A DNA stretch of 64,000 bases from a virus (Duplodnaviria; Heunggongvirae; Uroviricota; Caudoviricetes), in the IMG/VR virus record IMGVR_UViG_2671180984_000014; one strand, written 5' to 3'. Made by a program: the position numbers and the translations under genes. Numbering within the stretch: position 1 is the first letter of the stretch; each line of letters starts with the position of its first letter. Shown in pieces: positions 56,473 through 64,000 of the stretch. The notes below the pieces were generated by a model. The model did no database searches and was not told the origin of the DNA. It saw only the letters and a list, made by a program, of their open reading frames with translations.

Positions 56473-56961
56473 GTGGCACAACGCGGTGTAAATAAAGTCA
56501 TCCTGATAGGTACCCTGGGACAAGACCCAGATATCAGGTATATACCAAATGGCGGAGCAGTCGGAAGACTCAGCATCGCAACGAATGAATCATGGCGCGA
56601 CAAGCAAACAGGCCAACAGAAAGAGCAAACAGAATGGCATAAAGTCGTTTTGTTCGGAAAAATTGCTGAAATTGCGAGTGAGTATTTACGAAAAGGTTCT
56701 CAGGTCTACATCGAAGGGAAACTTAAAACCCGTAAGTGGACAGATGACGCCGGTGTAGAACGTTACACGACGGAAATTATCGTCAGCCAGGGCGGCACCA
56801 TGCAAATGATCGGCGCTCGCCGCGACGATTCACAGTCCTCAAATGGCTGGGGGCAGTCAAACCAACCTCAAAACCACCAGCAATACAGCGGTGGTAGCAA
56901 ACCTCAGAGCAGCGCCAATAACGAACCTCCAATGGACTTTGAAGACGATATTCCGTTTTAG
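56473..56961 (+). CDS. ssb: single-stranded DNA-binding protein
   Basis: 162 aa, GTG start; OB-fold N-terminus ([18 protein letters not shown]), Gly/Gln-rich linker and acidic C-terminal DFEDDIPF tail. Confidence 0.95.
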   Translation: MAQRGVNKVILIGTLGQDPDIRYIPNGGAVGRLSIATNESWRDKQTGQQKEQTEWHKVVLFGKIAEIASEYLRKGSQVYIEGKLKTRKWTDDAGVERYTTEIIVSQGGTMQMIGARRDDSQSSNGWGQSNQPQNHQQYSGGSKPQSSANNEPPMDFEDDIPF

Positions 56962-57163
56962 AGTTTATGAGTAAAAAACGACTGAAAGAAAAGCGGTGGT
57001 CCAAACGCCAACAAAAGCACGAACTCGCTAAAAAACGCCAAAGTTGGCAATGGAACGCGTTTTTAACGAACAGAACACCCCGAGATATTGCTTTCGCTGG
57101 TGGGAAAACATTCCTGACCCACCTGAAGGCGCAATACATCAGTTTTTAAGCAGAGAAAAGACT

Positions 57164-57952
57164 ATGGCAGCACAAAATACTAAAACAATTCAATACCGCC
57201 TGCGTAATGGCCAGAGTGTCGAAGTGACCATCAATAATGATGGTGTACCTGGCGAAAAGGTTTCTATCTCCGATCTGGCTATCGAAAAAACCATCATGTG
57301 CCACCTTGGCTTTACTGAAGAAGTGAGCAAAAAGCATGGTGTAGCAATCTGGAGCGCAATGGATACTGGTATGCGCAAATTCATTACTGCTCGTACCCCA
57401 GGGATGACCATGATGGACCTCATGCAGATTGCGCCGCTGTTTGAATGTGAGCCTTTAGATGTATTCAGCAATCCAGCTATCTGCCAGCAGTTATATGGTG
57501 AGGTGAAACTCGCGGTTACCCCCATTGTGCTGCATGAAGGATCGCTTGCTGGCGTGTGGAAAGTGGAGCGTATTTCAAGCTACATGCCTTTCCATGTCAA
57601 CGGCGTAATCACTGGTGAAAATCAACCTGTTTCCGTTATAAAGTCAGACCTCAAGCGCGCAATTCTTGAAGCAAGTTGTCGAGTTATCGGCCTAGGCAAA
57701 CAGTCTTATGTTTCCTTCCCGGCTGGCCCTGAAGGCCCGGCAGAAATTCTGATTATGGATGCCGATCTGCTCTGGCAAATACAGTTTCTAATTGGCAAAA
57801 GCATCATCCGAGCTGAAGAGCTCGATCAGTACATTACCTGCACGATGACGGATGAAGTCAAAAGTGTGGCTATAGCCAATGCCAGGAACCTATGTCGTGC
57901 TACATTGGCAGAACCGCAAGAAAACATTCCAGAAGAAACAGAAAGTGACTAA
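57164..57952 (+). CDS. hypothetical protein
   Basis: 262 aa from ATG 57164 (ORF track begins 57044); followed by hairpin CCCCGTCAGTTGGCGGGG. Confidence 0.4.
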   Translation: MAAQNTKTIQYRLRNGQSVEVTINNDGVPGEKVSISDLAIEKTIMCHLGFTEEVSKKHGVAIWSAMDTGMRKFITARTPGMTMMDLMQIAPLFECEPLDVFSNPAICQQLYGEVKLAVTPIVLHEGSLAGVWKVERISSYMPFHVNGVITGENQPVSVIKSDLKRAILEASCRVIGLGKQSYVSFPAGPEGPAEILIMDADLLWQIQFLIGKSIIRAEELDQYITCTMTDEVKSVAIANARNLCRATLAEPQENIPEETESD

Positions 57953-58149
57953 TAAAAACCCCGTCAGTTGGCGGGGAACTCCACGTTAAATGACCAATTA
58001 TTATGTTAGCTAGCAGTTAAAGCGCCTAGTCATTATCTCTTAAAGAAGTCTTTTTAACTTATCTAAATTAGTGACACCTCCCGTTTTGCTTGCTATGGTA
58101 TGCATTCATAAACCTATTCATTAATCTATTCACAACAGTAATTAAAACT

Positions 58150-59454
58150 ATGGCTACACATGCAACAACAATCCGTAGCTTGCTCAATCAAGGGCCTATG
58201 ACACCAAGACAATTGGTTGAAAAACTCAGTGTTAGCCAACCAACGATATCTAGAGCATTAAGAGAACTTGGTGATGAAATCGTTAGGATCGGAAATGGAA
58301 GATCTATTCAATATGCTTTACGAGACTCTTTTAGAGGATTCGAATCAGTCCCCATTTATCGTATAACTGAAGAGGGGTGTATTTGCGTTCTTGGTACTCT
58401 CATTCCGGTGAGGCCAGAAGGCTATGTTATGGTTGAGGATGGGAAAAATAACAGGCATAGCGATGGGTTACCTTGGTGGTTATTTGATATGCGTCCACAA
58501 GGCTTCCTTGGAAGAGCATATGCATCAGCATATGCTCTTGAACTTAACCTTCCCTCAAATCCAGAGCAATGGTCAGATACTGATGTGATCAAAGCCTTAC
58601 TTAAGCATGGGCATGATGTTGTTGGTAATTTGTTAATTGGAGAGCAAGCGCGCACGCATTTTTTAGAGATGCAGCCTCCTGTTCCTGTTAATCGTGAAAT
58701 TGAATATCCTGTATTAGCTTTAGCCGCTGGTGAAGGTGATGTGCCAGGTTCATCTGCTGGAGGTGAACAACCCAAATTTTGTACTTTCACAGAGCGTGGA
58801 CATGTATTAGTGAAATTCTCTGCGCCTAACGACACCCCTATAAGTGAGCGCTGGAGAGATCTCTTGTTTGCTGAACATCTCGCATTAAAAGTTCTGGGGG
58901 TAGAAACAGAAGTTTTTGATTATAACGGTCAGAGATTCTTGGAAATTCCCCGATTTGATCGTGTTGGTCAACTCGGTCGGGTAGGTGTATTCTCACTTCG
59001 TGCACTTGATGCAGAATTTGTTGGTAATGCAAGAGCAACATGGCCCTTGCTGGTTAAAGAGTTGGTAAAAAATAAGTGCGTCCATCCTGATGCGATTATT
59101 ATAGCAACAAGGCTATGGTCTTTTGGTGTGCTAATAGGCAATACCGATATGCATAATGGCAACCTATCGTTTATTAGTAGCCACGGACGCCCATATCATA
59201 TTGCTCCAGCCTATGACATGTTACCTATGGGTTTTGCCCCACGCTCTGGGGGAGCAATGTCTAATGAGCTTAGAAAAACAGCACTACCAGACTTTGTAAG
59301 TCGAAAAATATGGGATGAATCTCTTGAATTAGCTGAAAAATTTTATGCATTGGCCTGTGAGGCCGACAAATTCTCAGCTAACTTTACTCCATGTTTAGAA
59401 GCACTACGCATCCACCTAGATGATTGTAAAATACGCATAGCCCGCCTGGCATAA
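58150..59454 (+). CDS. HipA-family Ser/Thr kinase with fused N-terminal HTH (YjjJ-like architecture)
   Basis: 434 aa from ATG 58150; HTH (MTPRQLVEKLSVSQPTISRALREL); HipA motifs SSAGGEQPKF, LIGNTDMHNGNLSF, APAYDMLP; AT-rich relative to flanks. Confidence 0.7.
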   Translation: MATHATTIRSLLNQGPMTPRQLVEKLSVSQPTISRALRELGDEIVRIGNGRSIQYALRDSFRGFESVPIYRITEEGCICVLGTLIPVRPEGYVMVEDGKNNRHSDGLPWWLFDMRPQGFLGRAYASAYALELNLPSNPEQWSDTDVIKALLKHGHDVVGNLLIGEQARTHFLEMQPPVPVNREIEYPVLALAAGEGDVPGSSAGGEQPKFCTFTERGHVLVKFSAPNDTPISERWRDLLFAEHLALKVLGVETEVFDYNGQRFLEIPRFDRVGQLGRVGVFSLRALDAEFVGNARATWPLLVKELVKNKCVHPDAIIIATRLWSFGVLIGNTDMHNGNLSFISSHGRPYHIAPAYDMLPMGFAPRSGGAMSNELRKTALPDFVSRKIWDESLELAEKFYALACEADKFSANFTPCLEALRIHLDDCKIRIARLA

Positions 59455-59457
59455 ACA

Positions 59458-59488
59458 AGAAATCCCGCCAATCGGCGGGATTTCTTCA
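59458..59488. terminator. bidirectional rho-independent terminator
   Basis: AAGAAATCCCGCC-aatc-GGCGGGATTTCTT between convergent genes. Confidence 0.7.
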
Positions 59489-59794
59489 ATATACGATCTG
59501 GTCTACATGATCACCAAAATCATCGTCGTCGTCCTCATCGCCACCCTCTACTGCTGGCCAATCAACAAACCAGCCAGCGTAAAGATGCAGCGTTCGGAGA
59601 ACATCACTTGCGGGAGCATCAAGGGTGTTAACGAATCCCATATAGCTATTGGGATTTGCCCCAGCTATGGCTTCAGCGATCATGTCCTCGGTAATGTCAC
59701 CGGAGATAATGCTTAAACGCCCGGAAACTTCTTCATTATCATCAAATTCGATAATGGCATCTCCGCCTAATGGCGCTGCGATTTTAATCTGCAT
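59486..59794 (-). CDS. acidic hypothetical protein
   Basis: 102-aa ORF with poly-Asp tract; overlaps stop of upstream large gene. Confidence 0.4.
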   Translation of the reverse strand: MQIKIAAPLGGDAIIEFDDNEEVSGRLSIISGDITEDMIAEAIAGANPNSYMGFVNTLDAPASDVLRTLHLYAGWFVDWPAVEGGDEDDDDDFGDHVDQIVY

Positions 59795-62771
59795 TATTTA
59801 GCTCCTTTGCCACACCTAATAACAGTTCCAGCAATCCGTCACCATTCATCAGTGATGCGGCAGCGGCCTCTTTATCATGATACAACTGAAGAGCCATAGA
59901 GAATACTTCCGTTGCTGACGTTTTGGAAATAGTCGGTGATTTCTGCCGAATTTTCCCGGTGTTACTTACTGAGGCTGGCGGGTATACCTTCGCCATATAA
60001 ATATTACTCAATCGAGATCTGAAGCACCATTCAGGCTTGCCACGCCCACCGATATTGACGAAAGATGGCTTATCCCCTTCAACATTGGCCTTCAGGAATG
60101 ACCGGGCTTTCTCTAACAAACCAGGGTTACTGTACTCAAGATGATGACCCAGCTCGTGCCACAGTGCGCTCGCATTTTCATCGTTCAAATTGACAGCAAC
60201 AACACCATTTAGATTTGCATATGCCCTTCCCTGGTGGTGAACTACCTTTGATAAGGTCGATATTTTCCCGCCGGTCAGGCGATAAATATCAGCAAGTTCC
60301 TTGCGCAGGTCTATCCCACCATTCTGTCCAGCGCGGGCTTCTTCCACTTCTTCTGTGATAAAAGAGTCGGCCCACTCAAGAGCTTTTTCTTCAGATACGG
60401 ATGAGTTTGCGATCGCACTGTTCATGGCAGATAACACTTTCTCGTGGACCGAACCCATACTTCGCTGATTCATTTGCCAGCGTGTCTGCGGGTTATATGA
60501 GAATCGCTTAAGTAGTTGGTCAAGCTGCTCAAGTTCTTCTTCACTGACATACTTTTTAGCCTCACCAATAATGCCAGGGAGAATATTGCCGTTAGGATTA
60601 AACGCTCGCGAAAGGAAGAGTTTCAGCGCCCCCATGCCCTCCGATGCTTCTATATCACCAATAACCCGGTTAACAATGGCCGCACTCTTCGGATTAGCAT
60701 CCGCCAACGCTCTGGCTACGATTTGCAGGGACGATACGACCTCACGCTGCATATCAGTCCTGATCTCATCAATAAACTCTGGCGTTATGCCGTGCTCTTT
60801 AAGGATATCCCGGCCTTCCGCCGTTACCCCATCGATATCACCGACATGTTTATTAACACGACTTTGCAATGCCTTAAATGCCTTCAGAATTCCACGGGCA
60901 TCATCCGCTTTACTAACGGCCTTCCTGAATGCTGGCAAGAAGTCTGAGTTAACCTCATTTTGTTGATCGGCCCACTGAATGGAGGCTTCTTTCATCTCGT
61001 CCAGAGTCAGATCACCCAACGCGGTATGGTCTGTGAATATGAGCGACAACCTCTGAACCATTTCTGCCAATGGTGATGCCGAATGCGCCGCGCTAAGGAA
61101 TGCTTTCACCCTGGTTGGGCGAATGGAAAACCAGTCAATAGCTGGTGGCATATCTCCGTTTTTTATCGCCTGCGCTATCTCGTCAAAGCCATCGCGCCCA
61201 AGGGAGGATGCGTGATTTAACAAGCCGCGAAGTAACGAATTGCTGATACCGAATAATCGGCACCATTTTTTCACGTCGGCAACAGGCATTCGAACAAAAT
61301 GCGCAAGCACTTGTACAAGCTGTTCATCCTGGGGATCTTTACGGGAAAGCAGCCTGATCAGATGAATAATGTCTTTGATGCCGGATGCTCGATGTAATAG
61401 CAAACTGGTATATGGAGCAACACCGTTGTAACTACCGCCGGAAGCTGACTCGAAAAGACCGCCGGATATCCCTTGCATACCTTCGTTTTCCAGTTCCTGA
61501 GACACCTGGCGAAGGATATCCTGTAACGACACATCACCACCGCCAAACATATCCCCCAGCGCCTGGCCCTGGTGCTGTAACTCATCATTGATACGTTGAG
61601 CCATCAACTTAAAGGCGGTGGCCATACGCTTCGCGCTACGGTTATTCGCGACGATGAACAACGCGAGTGCTTTCACTTCCGGGGCCGTTTCGCTGAACAT
61701 ATCCCCCTGAGCAATAACATCGGTAATATGCTGGCCTGACTCCTTCGATTGCCTTACCAGGTCTACCGCATCTTTCAATGCCGCCAGCGCCTTTTTATCG
61801 AGGCTATCCGCTGTCTCAATGCCATCAACAATAGTTGTCACAGCCTGCTTGTGCGCTTCTCCTGATAAAGCCTGCATCTGGACAAAATCATTGGCTGCCG
61901 CATTAAGCGCCGTCAGAACATTACGCATATCCGGATCAGGTTCTTCTGCAACCATCCTTACCAGGCGCGCATCCTTATATGCCTTGGCAAAGATCGCGTT
62001 TTGTATACGGTCAACAAGTTGCCGCGTTGGTCGCCCATCTTCCGTTACAAGGCCAGCCGCCTGTGTGGCACCAACTTGCGTCATAAATCCGCGAATAAAC
62101 GCGTCATTACTGCGGCTAAGCAGATCTCCGCTTTCTGACGGGTTAAAAAGCGCCATCATCGCCGGTGTTATGCTGTCGGCATCAACAAAAGCCTTTTCAC
62201 TGGCTGCCATTTCCTGAAGATCAGAAATATTTGAGTCCTTGGCAAACTGAACGCGGTCAACCTTGGTTAACCGGCGGCGCACCAGTACCGGAGCCGTCAT
62301 TGATTCAACCTTTTCAGGTCGTATGCCGAATTCGGTCGCATGATCAATCAGGTACTCACGATACCGATCCGCATTGCCGTCCTGATAGGCTTTGATGATC
62401 CCCATGGTCCGTCCATTACCTGACTCAACGGCATTGTCCTCACCAATTATCGGCGCACCATGGCTGGATAAACCGGAATCAGTAAGCTGAGCAGGCCGCA
62501 AATCTTTGGATATCTGGTTAACCTGAAGAAGGCTGGATGCGCGGGTCCGGTCGCGCGGCTGAAGTTCCTGGGGATAGTCAGGATTAATTTTCCCATCCAG
62601 AGTATTGGATACCAAAAGAGCTGAGGCATCGACGATATCAAACGCTGTTTTTACCTCGTCTCCCTTCGCTGTCACCACATACGAAACCCGCCCATAATCG
62701 GGCAGGTTCTTTAGCAGCTCGATCAGCGTTTCTATGCTGGTGGCCATTACCACCTGATCGCTTAAGCTCAT
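59784..62771 (-). CDS. large hypothetical protein with HExxH motif (possible virion-associated dar-operon protein)
   Basis: 995-aa ORF; C-terminal LWHELGHHLEY zincin-like motif; assignment to a named P1 gene not secure. Confidence 0.4.
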   Translation of the reverse strand: MSLSDQVVMATSIETLIELLKNLPDYGRVSYVVTAKGDEVKTAFDIVDASALLVSNTLDGKINPDYPQELQPRDRTRASSLLQVNQISKDLRPAQLTDSGLSSHGAPIIGEDNAVESGNGRTMGIIKAYQDGNADRYREYLIDHATEFGIRPEKVESMTAPVLVRRRLTKVDRVQFAKDSNISDLQEMAASEKAFVDADSITPAMMALFNPSESGDLLSRSNDAFIRGFMTQVGATQAAGLVTEDGRPTRQLVDRIQNAIFAKAYKDARLVRMVAEEPDPDMRNVLTALNAAANDFVQMQALSGEAHKQAVTTIVDGIETADSLDKKALAALKDAVDLVRQSKESGQHITDVIAQGDMFSETAPEVKALALFIVANNRSAKRMATAFKLMAQRINDELQHQGQALGDMFGGGDVSLQDILRQVSQELENEGMQGISGGLFESASGGSYNGVAPYTSLLLHRASGIKDIIHLIRLLSRKDPQDEQLVQVLAHFVRMPVADVKKWCRLFGISNSLLRGLLNHASSLGRDGFDEIAQAIKNGDMPPAIDWFSIRPTRVKAFLSAAHSASPLAEMVQRLSLIFTDHTALGDLTLDEMKEASIQWADQQNEVNSDFLPAFRKAVSKADDARGILKAFKALQSRVNKHVGDIDGVTAEGRDILKEHGITPEFIDEIRTDMQREVVSSLQIVARALADANPKSAAIVNRVIGDIEASEGMGALKLFLSRAFNPNGNILPGIIGEAKKYVSEEELEQLDQLLKRFSYNPQTRWQMNQRSMGSVHEKVLSAMNSAIANSSVSEEKALEWADSFITEEVEEARAGQNGGIDLRKELADIYRLTGGKISTLSKVVHHQGRAYANLNGVVAVNLNDENASALWHELGHHLEYSNPGLLEKARSFLKANVEGDKPSFVNIGGRGKPEWCFRSRLSNIYMAKVYPPASVSNTGKIRQKSPTISKTSATEVFSMALQLYHDKEAAAASLMNGDGLLELLLGVAKELNNAD

Positions 62772-62870
62772 CCCTGTTACGCCTTATCCAATGTGCCGCC
62801 CCCTACGCTCCTCATAGTGGGGATATAAGGCACAGTTTTCCTCCCGGCTATTTTTGCTTAAAATAGTGAC

Positions 62871-64000
62871 ATGAAACAACAGGTGTCATTCAAATTCCGG
62901 TTAAAACCAGATGGTCAACAGGAGCGTCAAATGAGGCGCTTTGCCGGAGCTTGTCGTTTCGTTTTCAACCGTGCTCTGGCGCTTCAGAATGAGAATCATG
63001 AGGCCGGTAAAAAATACATCCCTTACACGAAAATGGCTTCCTGGTTGGTTGAGTGGAAAAAAGACACTGAAACCGAATGGCTTAAAGATTCTCCCTCACA
63101 GCCATTGCAACAGTCACTGAAAGACCTTGAGCGGGCTTACAAAAACTTCTTCCAGAATCGGGCAGCTTTTCCCCGATTCAAAAAGCGGGGACAGAATGAT
63201 GCATTCCGCTACCCGCAGGGTGTTAAGCTCGATCAGGAAAACAGCCGTATTTTTCTGCCGAAACTTGGCTGGATGCGCTACCGGAATAGCCGTCAGGTCA
63301 CGGGTATTGTGAAAAATGTTACTGTCAGCCAGTCCTGCGGTAAGTGGTACATCAGTATTCAGACAGAAAGAGAGGTATCCACTCCTGTTCACCCTTCAGC
63401 ATCAATGGTCGGACTGGATGCTGGCGTGGCTAAACTCGCCACGCTGTCAGATGGCACAGTCTTTGAACCTGTAAATAGTTTTCAGAAAAACCAGAAGAAG
63501 CTGGCGAGACTTCAGCGACAGTTAAGCCGCAAGGTCAAATTCAGCAACAACTGGCAGAAGCAGAAACGCAAAATACAGCGACTGCATTCCCGTATCGCAA
63601 ATATCCGCAGGGACTACCTTCACAAAGTCACAACGACCGTCAGCAAAAACCACGCAATGATTGTCATTGAGGATTTGAAGGTTAAATACATGTCAAAGTC
63701 AGCGGCGGGAACGATAAGTCATCCGGGTCGCAATGTCCGGGCAAAATCAGGTTTAAACCGTTCGATACTGGATCAGGGCTGGTATGAAATGCGCCGCCAG
63801 CTTGAGTACAAGCAGCTCTGGCGTGGCGGTCAGGTGCTTGCTGTTCCGCCAGCGTACACAAGCCAGCGTTGCGCGTGCTGTGGTCATACAGCGAAAGAAA
63901 ATCGCCTGTCACAAAGTAAATTCAGATGCCAGGTATGTGGATATACAGCGAACGCCGATGTAAACGGCGCTCGTAACATTTTAGCGGCGGGGCACGCCGT
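62871..64000 (+). CDS. tnpB: IS200/IS605-family TnpB (OrfB) RuvC-like nuclease, 3' end outside window
   Basis: ATG 62871, open to window end (not in ORF track because no stop); [22 protein letters not shown], zinc finger CACCGH...[15 protein letters not shown] RuvC-III. Confidence 0.8.
   Translation, partial: MKQQVSFKFRLKPDGQQERQMRRFAGACRFVFNRALALQNENHEAGKKYIPYTKMASWLVEWKKDTETEWLKDSPSQPLQQSLKDLERAYKNFFQNRAAFPRFKKRGQNDAFRYPQGVKLDQENSRIFLPKLGWMRYRNSRQVTGIVKNVTVSQSCGKWYISIQTEREVSTPVHPSASMVGLDAGVAKLATLSDGTVFEPVNSFQKNQKKLARLQRQLSRKVKFSNNWQKQKRKIQRLHSRIANIRRDYLHKVTTTVSKNHAMIVIEDLKVKYMSKSAAGTISHPGRNVRAKSGLNRSILDQGWYEMRRQLEYKQLWRGGQVLAVPPAYTSQRCACCGHTAKENRLSQSKFRCQVCGYTANADVNGARNILAAGHA

Noticed and set aside
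59784-62771. Assigning the 995-aa HExxH protein to P1 ddrB
   Set aside because: Size is in the right range but flanking genes do not match the remembered dar operon (no hxr-like HTH gene, tnpB upstream); left as hypothetical

Overview
The window reads as a large part of a P1-like phage-plasmid (Punavirus-type) genome from an enterobacterial host. Anchors seen directly in the sequence are a perfect 34-bp loxP site (38161-38194) followed by a 343-aa Cre recombinase, the C1 repressor and Coi, about 15 copies of the 17-bp C1 operator ATTGCTCTAATAAATTT, pacA with its clustered TGATCA/G pac hexamers and pacB, the Phd-Doc addiction pair, HumD, Lpa, Ref, Lxc/Bof, the 2255-aa DarB, portal Prt and protease Pro, an SAR-type lysozyme, SSB, a DnaB-like Ban helicase, the SPFH lipoprotein Plp and a tRNA cluster. 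Gene names follow my recollection of the published P1 map; they are not database hits. Four things stand out against that conserved backbone. (1) The slot between mat and lxc, where P1 carries the type III res-mod genes, instead holds one AT-rich 435-aa gene with an N-terminal SIR2-like domain, a candidate single-gene defence or abortive-infection module. (2) The fused C5-cytosine/Dam methyltransferase gene is interrupted in frame, exactly at the catalytic PCQ motif, by a 341-aa intein with a LAGLIDADG homing-endonuclease domain. (3) An icd-ant antirepressor module is present twice in inverted orientation about 17 kb apart, one copy intact with C1 operators and one truncated and frameshifted. 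(4) A second AT-rich island carries a HipA-family kinase with a fused N-terminal HTH. Also notable are a probable extra tRNA-Tyr, a family of paralogous stem-loop modules around the tRNAs, and a partial IS200/IS605-type tnpB at the window end. No CRISPR array, rRNA or integrase was found.
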